A DNA stretch of 31,589 nt from an uncultured Coxiellaceae bacterium (GCA_964465995.1 CAYXLV010000001.1:1-31589); one strand, 5' to 3'. Shown: positions 8,995 to 18,086, counted from the stretch's first letter. Translations and numbers: made by a program. Notes: generated by a model not told the origin, from the letters alone.

Positions 8995-11295
8995 TTATTC
9001 AGTCTCTGCATCGTTATCTTCTTCTTCAGCTGCTTCGACAAATTTACAGTCTTTTTGCGGACAAATTTTTTCACGGCCGCGTTTTTTAGTCACTTTGATG
9101 GACAAAATTGGCCACTGACATTCTGGACAAGCTTCTGCGATGGGTTCATTCCAAATCGCATAATCACAGTCAGGATAGCGTGAGCAGGAGAAGAAAATTT
9201 TTCCGCGGCGGGATTTGCGTTGTAAGATGCTGCCTTCTTTGCACTTTGGACATTTCACTTCAGTGTCTTTTGGCTTTTCAAGCGGCTCGATAAATTTGCA
9301 ATCAGGATAGCTACTGCAACCAATAAATTTACCGTATGGACCACTGCGAATAATTAAATCGGATTTGCAGTCAGGGCATTTACGGTCAGTAACAACTTCT
9401 GGTTCACTGCTGGCATCTTCATCAACATTACGTGTGTAATCACAATCAGGATATGCGGTACAACCAATAAAGCGTCCACGACGACCAAGACGAATCGCTA
9501 AATCTGCTTCGCATTTCGGACATTTTTCATCGATTTTTTCTTGGGTAACATCACTGCGTTTGACGTTTTCTTGCGTATGATCAACCAGTGTTTTAAATGG
9601 CTGCCAAAATTCTTTTAACACCGGCACCCACTCGCGATCACCACGGGAGATTTCATCGAGCGTGTCTTCCATCTTTGCGGTGAAATCGTAGTCGACGTAT
9701 TGGGTAAAATAATTGGTTAGGAAGCGTGCCACCACTCGCGCAACATCAGTTGGACGAAAACGCTTGGCATCCATTTCTACATAGTGACGATTTTTTAAGG
9801 TGGCAATAATGGAAGCGTAAGTGGAAGGTCGACCAATATCGTGTTCTTCCAATGCTTTAACAAGACTTGCTTCGGTATAACGCGGCGGTGGTTCGGTAAA
9901 GTGTTGTTCGCCCAGAATATCATTCACTTTAATTTGTTCGCCTTCTTCAAGCGGCGGTAAAATTTTACCCAGGTCTTCGTCTTTTTGTTTTTCATCGACG
10001 TCTTCTTGATAAACAGCAATAAAGCCTGGATGAGCAATAGTGGAACCTGTGGCACGAAAAATGCTGTCATCAATCGCTAAATCAATTGAAACCGTGTTCA
10101 TGGTCGCTTCAATCATTTGACAGGCGACGGTTCGTTTCCAAATTAAACTGTAAAGTTTGTATTGTTCAGGGGTTAAGTGTTTTTTGATGGTTTCTGGTTT
10201 GCGCATAATCGATGTTGGGCGAATCGCTTCGTGAGCTTCTTGCGCATTTTTAGATTTGGTTTTAAAGACTCGCGGCTCTTTGGGTAAATTGTCTTTGCCA
10301 TACTTGCTTTCGATATATTCACGAATTTCCGCAATCGCTTCATTTGCCAAGCTAACCGAGTCGGTACGCATATAAGTGATTAAACCAACAGAACCTTCAT
10401 CACCAATATCAATACCTTCATAAAGCTGCTGGGCAGTGCGCATGGTGCGTTGTGCTGTAAACCCCAGTTTGCGTGCCGCTTCTTGTTGAACGGTGGAGGT
10501 AATAAAAGGTGCTGCTGGGTTACGTTTACGTTCTTTCTTGGTGACTTTAGCAACGGTTAACTTGCCGTTGGCACGTTTATTTAAATCATTGCAAATCTTG
10601 GTGGATTGTTCTTCATTGGTGACGGTAAATTGTTCGACTTTTTCGCCTTTGTATTGGATCAGCTTGGCATCGAACTCTTGCTTATCAGATTCTGGTTTAG
10701 CGTGAATGCTCCAATATTCTTGAGATTCAAATTTCTCGATATCTAATTCACGTTCAACAATCATGCGTAATGCAGGGCTTTGTACGCGACCTGCCGATAA
10801 ACCAGGTCGAATTTTTTTCCAGAGTAATGGCGAGAGATTAAACCCCACCAAATAATCCAAAGCGCGTCGTGCTTGTTGCGCGTTGACCAATTCCATGGAA
10901 ATTTTTCGAGGATGCTCAATGGCGTCGAGAATGGCGCCTTTGGTAATTTGGTGAAAGACCACGCGATCAATTGGCTTGTCTTTGACAACACCGCGTTCAC
11001 TTAATAAATGACTAACGTGCCATGCAATGGCTTCACCTTCACGATCCGGGTCAGGCGCGAGGTAGATATGATCACAATAACGCGCGGCTTTGGCCAACGA
11101 ATCAACGTGTCTCGAGTTTTTTTCAATTTCTTGGTATTGCATTGAAAAATCATGGTCTGGGTCAACTGCACCTTCTTTGGGAATTAAATCACGCACGTGG
11201 CCATAAGAAGCCATGACTTTAAAATTTTTACCTAAGTATTTTTCAATGGTGCGTGCTTTGGCAGGCGATTCTACGATGACAAGTGATTTGGCCAT
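8995..11295 (-). CDS. topA: DNA topoisomerase I
   Basis: TOPRIM 'LVIVESPAKA', 'PDPDREGEAI', 'SAGRVQS', active site 'LITYMRTDS', C-terminal C4 zinc ribbons. Confidence 0.98.
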   Translation of the reverse strand: MAKSLVIVESPAKARTIEKYLGKNFKVMASYGHVRDLIPKEGAVDPDHDFSMQYQEIEKNSRHVDSLAKAARYCDHIYLAPDPDREGEAIAWHVSHLLSERGVVKDKPIDRVVFHQITKGAILDAIEHPRKISMELVNAQQARRALDYLVGFNLSPLLWKKIRPGLSAGRVQSPALRMIVERELDIEKFESQEYWSIHAKPESDKQEFDAKLIQYKGEKVEQFTVTNEEQSTKICNDLNKRANGKLTVAKVTKKERKRNPAAPFITSTVQQEAARKLGFTAQRTMRTAQQLYEGIDIGDEGSVGLITYMRTDSVSLANEAIAEIREYIESKYGKDNLPKEPRVFKTKSKNAQEAHEAIRPTSIMRKPETIKKHLTPEQYKLYSLIWKRTVACQMIEATMNTVSIDLAIDDSIFRATGSTIAHPGFIAVYQEDVDEKQKDEDLGKILPPLEEGEQIKVNDILGEQHFTEPPPRYTEASLVKALEEHDIGRPSTYASIIATLKNRHYVEMDAKRFRPTDVARVVARFLTNYFTQYVDYDFTAKMEDTLDEISRGDREWVPVLKEFWQPFKTLVDHTQENVKRSDVTQEKIDEKCPKCEADLAIRLGRRGRFIGCTAYPDCDYTRNVDEDASSEPEVVTDRKCPDCKSDLIIRSGPYGKFIGCSSYPDCKFIEPLEKPKDTEVKCPKCKEGSILQRKSRRGKIFFSCSRYPDCDYAIWNEPIAEACPECQWPILSIKVTKKRGREKICPQKDCKFVEAAEEEDNDAETE

Positions 11296-11296
11296 A

Positions 11297-11773
11297 TTAA
11301 TGCATTCCTCCTACCGCTTCGTCTAAGACCAATAATTCCATTTTGGTGAGCGCGCTGTTGTTTTTATTTTGATTAAATAACACCATTAAGGTGACCCATT
11401 TGATAAGGTGCAAATCGATTTCTTCTTCTTCTAAATCAATCACCCGATTAATGACCATTTCACGAGTGACTGCGTTTAAGATGCCTTCGTGTTCTAAATG
11501 CATTAAGAAGCTGCGGCAAAGTGGACTAAATACTTCACATTCAAAACTAGAAAATACGCGAAAGGAGTGTTGGCTTGGGGTGTTGAGGCGGTTGTCTTCT
11601 TCGTAAGAGAGGCTGGTTAACCAGCAAAGTGCTTGCATGATAGTAGTGGATTGAAAACCGGCTTTTTTGAGAATATCGAGTAAGCGGTCTTGTTCGTCGC
11701 TAAAGTCGCAATCTTCTTCCATATGGTAATTGAATAAATACATCAGTACGGTTAGTACGCTTTGTTCTTTCAT
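11297..11773 (-). CDS. smg: Smg (DUF494) protein
   Basis: 'VLMYLF', 'LKKAGF', 'FRVFS..E', 'TREMVI', 'LKWV'-like motif; canonical position between dprA and topA. Confidence 0.88.
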   Translation of the reverse strand: MKEQSVLTVLMYLFNYHMEEDCDFSDEQDRLLDILKKAGFQSTTIMQALCWLTSLSYEEDNRLNTPSQHSFRVFSSFECEVFSPLCRSFLMHLEHEGILNAVTREMVINRVIDLEEEEIDLHLIKWVTLMVLFNQNKNNSALTKMELLVLDEAVGGMH

Positions 11774-12879
11774 AATTTTACTCGACTGTATCCACCTGTT
11801 GTGGCAGTGATGTGTCCGCTAAGCTCTAATTCCAGCAACCTGGCGGTCACTGTTTTTGCATCCAAGCCGCAGCGTTTTATCACTTGATCAACCGCTGTCA
11901 TTTCGTAATCGACGCAGTTTAAGATCTGCAAATCAACGGTCGACAGCGCTTGAAAATTGTTTTCATCTTGAGCTGGTTTAGAACGGTCGTCAACTAAATC
12001 CTTGTAAATAAATGCAAACTGCTGCACTTCTGTCAAAATATCGTCAACCGACTCTACCAACTTGGCCCCACTTTGTATCAAATAATGGCAACCCCTTGCA
12101 AGTGGGTTATGGATATTGCCGGGTATGGCAAATACTTCACGGCCTTGGGCGGTGGCTTTACGAGCGGTGATTAATGAGCCGCTTTGCACGGTGGCTTCGA
12201 TCACCAGGGTGCCAATACTTAGTCCACTAATAATCCGATTGCGCAGAGGAAAATTATGTTTGAGGGGTTGGGTGGAGAGTGGAAACTCAGAAATGAGCGC
12301 GCCGTTATTGATAATAGCATCCGCTAACAAGCGATGGCGTTTTGGATAGAGATGGTGCAAACCATTGCCAAGCGCGGCAATGGTTTGGCCTGGTGCACTT
12401 AATGCGCCGCGATGACTCGCAGCATCCACCCCAAGTGCTAAACCGCTGGTAATGGTGATGCCAAGTTTGGCGAGAGCGGTGGCAAAATGATGAGCATTTT
12501 CAATGCCACTTGGGGTGGGGTTGCGACTACCGACAATGGCGATTTGCGGTGTCTTTAGAACGGCAGGGTTGCCATCTATATATATAAGTGTTGGCGGATC
12601 GCTGATTTCTTTAAGCAGGGGTGGATAGTCTGGATGATCCAGCGTTAGCAAATGGTGGCGAGGCTGCTCAAGCCAACGCAGCACCTCATCCATTTTCGAC
12701 CCCGTTGGCTGGCGGAGTTGTCGCAATGCTGCTGTAGTGACACCCAGCTTTTGCAGAGAAGCATCACTTGCATGAATGATTTGGTCGATCGATTGAAAGT
12801 GATCATATAGCGTTTTCACTATATGTGGCTTAAATGCTAACGCTTCTGCTAAGGCTAACCAATGTTGAATGGCGGTCAT
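11770..12879 (-). CDS. dprA: DNA-processing protein DprA (Smf)
   Basis: 'IAIVGSRNPT', 'SGLALGVDA', 'FPLRNRIISGLS', 'SGSLITA', 'EVFAIPG'. Confidence 0.96.
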   Translation of the reverse strand: MTAIQHWLALAEALAFKPHIVKTLYDHFQSIDQIIHASDASLQKLGVTTAALRQLRQPTGSKMDEVLRWLEQPRHHLLTLDHPDYPPLLKEISDPPTLIYIDGNPAVLKTPQIAIVGSRNPTPSGIENAHHFATALAKLGITITSGLALGVDAASHRGALSAPGQTIAALGNGLHHLYPKRHRLLADAIINNGALISEFPLSTQPLKHNFPLRNRIISGLSIGTLVIEATVQSGSLITARKATAQGREVFAIPGNIHNPLARGCHYLIQSGAKLVESVDDILTEVQQFAFIYKDLVDDRSKPAQDENNFQALSTVDLQILNCVDYEMTAVDQVIKRCGLDAKTVTARLLELELSGHITATTGGYSRVKL

Positions 12880-12966
12880 AAAAACACTCAGTTATAAAAC
12901 AGCGGCCATTGTGCCAACGATCAAACGCGCGTTTCAATACGGGGTGTGTGGTTAATGATTAAACAT

Positions 12967-13174
12967 GAAAGCGAATTTGAAATTATTTTTTTTGTGAGTT
13001 TAGCTTGTTAAGTCTTGCGTATTAATTTAAAACCGAAGCTTGTATTATTGGGCAACCTCTCACTAGCGTTCGTGGCTGTGTTTTCCAAATCATTTGCCAA
13101 CGCCTGACATCACAGCCACGAACGCTAGTGAGAGGTTGCCTAACGATATTAGCTGCGGTGTGAGTGTAATGTGA
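12967..13174. repeat. 208-bp dispersed structured element, copy 1 (long hairpin)
   Basis: Perfect 30-bp inverted repeat 13051-13080 / 13111-13140 around a 30-nt loop; second copy at 26109-26316. Confidence 0.93.
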
Positions 13175-13188
13175 AAGAGGAGAAATCA

Positions 13189-14142
13189 TTGCCATTAACG
13201 ATAGTATTTGCCGGAACACCTTCATTTGCCGTCCCCGTGCTAGAAAAGCTACTAACCTCAGAACATCAAATCATCGCCGTTTACACCCAACCTGACCGTC
13301 CCGCCGGACGCGGGCGACAACTGAGTGCCAGTCCTGTGAAACAAGTAGCCCAGCAACACGCACTACCCATTTACCAACCAGAATCTTTACGCGATACCAC
13401 CGCACAGCAACAACTTGCCGCACTACATCCTGATGTGATGGTCGTGGTGGGTTACGGGATGATCCTACCAGAAGTAGTATTAAATATTCCCAAATACGGC
13501 TGCTTGAACGTGCACCCATCATTGCTACCAAAGTGGCGTGGCGCCACACCGGTGCAAAGTGCAATTCTAGCAGGCGATACCGAAACCGGCGTTGCGGTTA
13601 TGCAGCTCGATAAAGGCATGGACAGCGGCGATATTTTGCAGTGCGAAACCACTACAATCGGCGCTGAGGAAACCAGCGGCGAACTGTATGACCGACTGTT
13701 TACCCAAGGCGCTGATTTACTGCTACGCACTTTAGCTGACGTCGAGACCCAACAAGTAAAAGCGCGACCGCAACAACATGACCAAGCCACATTCGCAAAA
13801 AAAATCACCAAAGCCCAAGCAGAAATCGATTGGCAGTTACCCGCCAGCAAAATTCACCAACAAATCCGGGCCTTTAACCCATGGCCCGTCGCTTACACAT
13901 ATTTTAAACAACAGCCTTTAAAGATTTGGCAAGCAAGCCCGGTCGCTGGTGATACGGATGACGCACCAGGGACGATTGTTGAAGTCAGTAAAACCGCCTT
14001 GGATATTGCAACTGGTCAAGGAATATTGCGTTTGCAAAAAGTCCAACAACCTGGCAAAAAAGCAATGGCGATAAAAGATTTTATCAACGCCAATCAAACA
14101 TCACTTAAAGTCGGGGAGCTCATTCACCATCATGCTAAGTAG
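13189..14142 (+). CDS. fmt: Methionyl-tRNA formyltransferase
   Basis: 'IVFAGTPSFA', 'TQPDRPAGRG', 'NVHPSLLPKWRGATP', 'MQLDKGMDSG', 'RAFNPWP'. TTG 13189 with GAGGAG SD at 13177-13182 (ORF track start 13171). Confidence 0.96.
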   Translation: MPLTIVFAGTPSFAVPVLEKLLTSEHQIIAVYTQPDRPAGRGRQLSASPVKQVAQQHALPIYQPESLRDTTAQQQLAALHPDVMVVVGYGMILPEVVLNIPKYGCLNVHPSLLPKWRGATPVQSAILAGDTETGVAVMQLDKGMDSGDILQCETTTIGAEETSGELYDRLFTQGADLLLRTLADVETQQVKARPQQHDQATFAKKITKAQAEIDWQLPASKIHQQIRAFNPWPVAYTYFKQQPLKIWQASPVAGDTDDAPGTIVEVSKTALDIATGQGILRLQKVQQPGKKAMAIKDFINANQTSLKVGELIHHHAK

Positions 14143-15325
14143 AATTATTGGCGGCGTCTTATTAATTATTGGGACGTCGATTGGCGCCGGAATGCTGGGT
14201 TTGCCAGTGGTCACTGCAGGCGGCGGTTTTTACCATTCTTTGTGGTTATTTTTTGGCGCTTGGATTTTTACCGTTTTAGGTGCGTTTTTTATTTTAGAAG
14301 TTAATTTATGGCTGCCTGAAAAAACCAACTTAGTGTCGATGGCAAAGATCACACTAGGCCCAATCGGCCAAGCCATCACCTGGATCAGTTATTTATGTTT
14401 ACTGTATTCATTAATATCAGCCTATACCGCCGGTGGTGCTGATTTATTGCAAAACCTATTGCAAATGCTGCATCTCAATCCGCCGCAATGGGTGAGTACT
14501 TTACTTTTTTTAGTCATTTTTGGTTCGGTCGTGTTTTGGGGAATTCGAGTGGTTGATTGGACCAATCGTGGTTTGATGGTCCTGAAAATGACGGCTTATG
14601 TTTTTTTAATTTCATTGGTTATGCCGCATATCAAAATGTCATTACTGCAAGGTGGCCATGCGCATTTGCTACTAGGGGCGGTGATGGTGGTGATTACGTC
14701 TTTTGGTTACGGCACCATCATTCCAAGTTTGCGGTATTACTTTAAGAGTAATGTGGTGGCATTGCGGATTACGATTTTGGCCGGCAGCTTGGTCTCGTTG
14801 GCGTGTTATTTTTTATGGGATTTAGTGGTGCAAGGAACCGTGCAAAGCGCGGGTGCAAAAGGTTTGGTGGCCATTGCAACGCACGGCAATGTCGCTAGCC
14901 AATTAACAATGGCGTTGGCGCGGCAAGTGCAAAATATGTCCGTACAAAGTTTGGCGCATATTTTTACATCAGTGTGTGTGACAACGTCATTTTTAGGTGT
15001 GTCTTTGTGCTTGTCAGATTTTTTATACGATGGCTTTCGTATTCAGAAAACGCACAAAGGTCGTTGCTTAAATATGTTGGTGACGTTTGGGCCACCGCTG
15101 TTGCTCGTATTATTGTTTCCTTCAATTTTTATTTTGGGCTTGAGTTTAGCAGGCATATTTTGCGTTATTTTATTGCTCTTGCTGCCCGCGTTGATGGTCT
15201 TCAGTGGGCGTTATCTCAAAAAATCAGCCACGGGCTATCGAGTGTGGGGTGGTGTGAGTTTGGTGGTCTTAGAAGTTATCGTAGCACTCGGTTTGTTAGC
15301 CGTAGGGGTATGGTCTCTTTTATAG
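14132..15325 (+). CDS. Aromatic amino-acid permease (TyrP/Mtr/TnaB family)
   Basis: 'IIGTSIGAGMLGLP', 'TSFG...IIPSL', 'TTSFLGVSL'; about 11 hydrophobic segments; overlaps the fmt stop by 11 bp. Substrate not determinable. Confidence 0.9.
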   Translation: MLSRIIGGVLLIIGTSIGAGMLGLPVVTAGGGFYHSLWLFFGAWIFTVLGAFFILEVNLWLPEKTNLVSMAKITLGPIGQAITWISYLCLLYSLISAYTAGGADLLQNLLQMLHLNPPQWVSTLLFLVIFGSVVFWGIRVVDWTNRGLMVLKMTAYVFLISLVMPHIKMSLLQGGHAHLLLGAVMVVITSFGYGTIIPSLRYYFKSNVVALRITILAGSLVSLACYFLWDLVVQGTVQSAGAKGLVAIATHGNVASQLTMALARQVQNMSVQSLAHIFTSVCVTTSFLGVSLCLSDFLYDGFRIQKTHKGRCLNMLVTFGPPLLLVLLFPSIFILGLSLAGIFCVILLLLLPALMVFSGRYLKKSATGYRVWGGVSLVVLEVIVALGLLAVGVWSLL

Positions 15326-15385
15326 CGATTTTTTAGCTGATATGATGGCCTATATTTTATGGATTTGCTGAGCTAGGGAATATGG

Positions 15386-16732
15386 ATGCGTAATTGGCTA
15401 ATCACTTTATTGTTTGCAATGTTGTTGTTTTCTTTGGGTGCAACAGCAGCGCGAGCCGTTTCTATCAAAGATATTCGAATCGTTGATTGTCAGCCTGCAA
15501 AAAATTGCACCATCGTTTTCTTCTTAAGCCAACAAACACCTTATCGATTATTCACTCTTACTAAACCCAATCGCGTTATTATTGATTTAAACAATACACA
15601 GCTCCATTCAAATTTTTCACCCGCACTTTTAAAGCAAACACCGATCAAAGCAGTGCGTCATGCTGCACGTGCGCAGCAACGATTGCGAATTGTATTTGAT
15701 ATGCGCGGACATTATCAGTTGGGTCCTGTGCAAGCGATGGCGACAGCCAATCATCGTTATAAAATTGTTATGCACCTTGTGCTGCCAGCGCGAGCATTGC
15801 AGACAGCGGCTGCCCCTAAAAAAGTGGCTGCAATACCCGTTCATCTAAAACGTTTACCGCCACCACAAGCGCTAATGCATCAAGAAACAAAAGAGCTGCC
15901 GCAACCAATGGCAACAATGCATTCAGCGAAAACAACCGAAGTCACACGTTGGTATCGAGCTGCCATCGCCACTGAAACGCCAGCGCGATCAGCCGCTATT
16001 GCCACCGCCGGCACTAGCACAGTAAAACGCCAACCCAACGCCACTCCTGCACCAACACCTGCCACTATCGATACAGCCGGTAATGTCACTTCACAAGCAT
16101 TGTTGCATGGCGTTAATCACTTCAATGGATTTTTTATCGCGCCTTATGTTGGCTTACGCCTTGGCACTAATGGCTTTATGCAAGATTTTAATCCCGCACT
16201 GACGTTAAACTTAGGCGGCGATTCCAAAGAAACCGTCGCTGCCGGTGGCTACTTAGGCTATGGCAAAGTTTTAAACCATTCAATTTACTTAGGCGCTGCT
16301 TTCGGTGCTCAATACCGCGGCGCCGAACAACGCACTACGTTTAATGTCCCCGGCGGCACTGTCACTAACCAAGTTGCCATTCGCTCCAGCTATGGTTTAA
16401 GCATCGACTTTTTACCCGGCGCACTCATCCTGCGTCGCACCTTGCTCTTTATGCGCTTAGGTACCGAATACAGCAATTATCGCCTCCGAGTTTTTACTAA
16501 CAGCGCGTCTGGTCAAGGTGACTTTACCTCTACTGGTGTCGACGATCGCGAAGGTAGATTTGCCTTCCGCGTCGGTGCCGGTGTGCAACAATTGTTGGCC
16601 CAACATATCGCTCTGATGATTAACTATGTTTTCTCATGGTATCCCACCATCCGCTTTACCAACCATCCCACCACCTACACCATCAGACCCAACCGTCATG
16701 AACTCGACGCCGGTTTAGTCTTTATCTTCTAG
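15386..16732 (+). CDS. Secreted protein: AMIN domain, low-complexity linker, outer-membrane beta-barrel
   Basis: Signal peptide ending AARA; AMIN-like 'YRLFTLTKPNRVIIDL...VRHA...LRIVFDM'; barrel-like 'FNGFFIAPYVG', 'GGYLGYG', 'IYLGAAFG', 'FRVGAGVQ'; terminal 'AGLVFIF'. Confidence 0.75.
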   Translation: MRNWLITLLFAMLLFSLGATAARAVSIKDIRIVDCQPAKNCTIVFFLSQQTPYRLFTLTKPNRVIIDLNNTQLHSNFSPALLKQTPIKAVRHAARAQQRLRIVFDMRGHYQLGPVQAMATANHRYKIVMHLVLPARALQTAAAPKKVAAIPVHLKRLPPPQALMHQETKELPQPMATMHSAKTTEVTRWYRAAIATETPARSAAIATAGTSTVKRQPNATPAPTPATIDTAGNVTSQALLHGVNHFNGFFIAPYVGLRLGTNGFMQDFNPALTLNLGGDSKETVAAGGYLGYGKVLNHSIYLGAAFGAQYRGAEQRTTFNVPGGTVTNQVAIRSSYGLSIDFLPGALILRRTLLFMRLGTEYSNYRLRVFTNSASGQGDFTSTGVDDREGRFAFRVGAGVQQLLAQHIALMINYVFSWYPTIRFTNHPTTYTIRPNRHELDAGLVFIF

Positions 16733-16745
16733 CGTGATAAACGTC

Positions 16746-18086
16746 TTAGTGTTTATTCCAAGCGCTTTGCCAGGCGAGCAGCTCAGCCTCGCTCACTTGA
16801 TAGCGGACGAAGTTTCCAATGTGTAGATTCATGAGCTCTTGCTCAATAATCGCTTGAAACTGCGCTTGATGATCGGCGGGAATTTCATGCTCCATCCATT
16901 GACGGATAAATGAAATCACCTGCTGTTGATTCACTTTGTCTAAAATAATTTTTTGCACAATGGCTTTAATTGCTGCTCGGTATTGCATTTTGAATGGGTC
17001 AGGGAGGTTGGCGTTGTCTTTGATCACTTTGTAACGTCTGACAGAATGTTCATAGCCTGAAATAAATAACGACATCAGCAGGCGAATATCATTCAATTCA
17101 TAAACTGCTAACACCGCATCAATATAATCATCTGTTTGTATATTGGTAAATGACAGCGGCGCTAGATTTTTTTTAATAAAAGGAATGTTGGCAGCAAGTC
17201 TTGAGACTCGTTTATTAAAATCCTCAAAAGCCTGTAAATATGGAATATGCACCAATAGAAAAAAAGCCGCCTCAAACGGGTCATGTATGGCAGCCGCTTT
17301 ATCAACAATTTCATGAAAGTAAGTTTCAAGCCGCGCTGGAATCTCTAATGGTTGATAGGAAGTTCTGCTCACCCCAGCCGGGATTTTCCTAAGATTGCCA
17401 ATGCTTTCTGGATTGCTGATTAAGTTATCTGACAGCAGAGCATGCAGATTAAGAATGCTTTGTTTATTAATGGTGATATGTTCTATTGACTCAATCAGAA
17501 ACTCGATTGCTGCTTTATGATTTAAAATCATTTGCGTTTCTTCCACTTTTTTATCAGCGTTTTGTTGATGATGAAGCAGCAGTTGCTCAGTTTCCAGGAG
17601 TGAATAGGTATTACCTTCCAGGCGGCTAGAGTTCCAGGAAAGGTCTAACAGAAAGCGATGAAAAATAATTTTTGCATAAGTGCCTTCTGGCTGATCACCA
17701 TCGGGTTGCTGTCCAATAGTTTTTAAATGTTCCCTGACTGCTGTTGGCAGGTAATAAGTGGTGTTTGGGATATAGGCGCGCAAAAAGTCTTCTCGGTATT
17801 CGGTTTTTTCTCGTTGTGATAGTGGTTGATTTAAATAAGCTTTGATGGCTTTGAGTTCTGCATCGGTGGCAAGTGGCAGCGCAGGGTTTGGTTGGTGGGC
17901 AAAATAGCGAGTGCTGCGTGCTTTCCCCTCGCGCGTAATTTTATTTTCCTGGACCAGTTGATGTAATTCGCGTTGGATGCTACGTTTTGATCGATCAGCC
18001 GCCAACCGTTCAGTGATCTCCTGAAGTTGGAGGCCTTCTGGGTGGTGATGCAGGAGTTCTATGATTTGTTGTGTATAGCTTGTCAT
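16746..18086 (-). CDS. Fic-family protein with N-terminal winged HTH and a non-canonical Fic motif
   Basis: HTH 'EGLQLQEI...RSIQRELHQL...GKARSTRY'; 'SWNSSRLEGN'; Fic-like core 'YLQAFEDFNKRVSR'. Confidence 0.88.
   Translation of the reverse strand: MTSYTQQIIELLHHHPEGLQLQEITERLAADRSKRSIQRELHQLVQENKITREGKARSTRYFAHQPNPALPLATDAELKAIKAYLNQPLSQREKTEYREDFLRAYIPNTTYYLPTAVREHLKTIGQQPDGDQPEGTYAKIIFHRFLLDLSWNSSRLEGNTYSLLETEQLLLHHQQNADKKVEETQMILNHKAAIEFLIESIEHITINKQSILNLHALLSDNLISNPESIGNLRKIPAGVSRTSYQPLEIPARLETYFHEIVDKAAAIHDPFEAAFFLLVHIPYLQAFEDFNKRVSRLAANIPFIKKNLAPLSFTNIQTDDYIDAVLAVYELNDIRLLMSLFISGYEHSVRRYKVIKDNANLPDPFKMQYRAAIKAIVQKIILDKVNQQQVISFIRQWMEHEIPADHQAQFQAIIEQELMNLHIGNFVRYQVSEAELLAWQSAWNKH

Noticed and set aside
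13086-13104. Loop cores as guides to local genes (11-nt match in topA near 10340; 10-nt match of the copy 2 loop in petC near 25453)
   Set aside because: Matches of 10-11 nt are expected by chance in 63 kb of two-strand sequence.
13044-13147. Integron attC site (GCCTAAC/GTTAGGC core at the hairpin base)
   Set aside because: Orientation is inverted relative to attC (RYYYAAC should be left, GTTRRRY right); no extrahelical bases in the stem, no cassette array or integrase.
12967-13174. 6S RNA or tRNA identity for the 208-bp element
   Set aside because: Perfect 30-bp stem without the central bubble, not in the zapA-ygfA context, and no cloverleaf.
13022-13225. 67-aa minus-strand ORF across the hairpin
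   Set aside because: The frame is open through the hairpin in copy 2 as well, but copy 2 has an upstream stop and no start codon; it overlaps fmt antisense.
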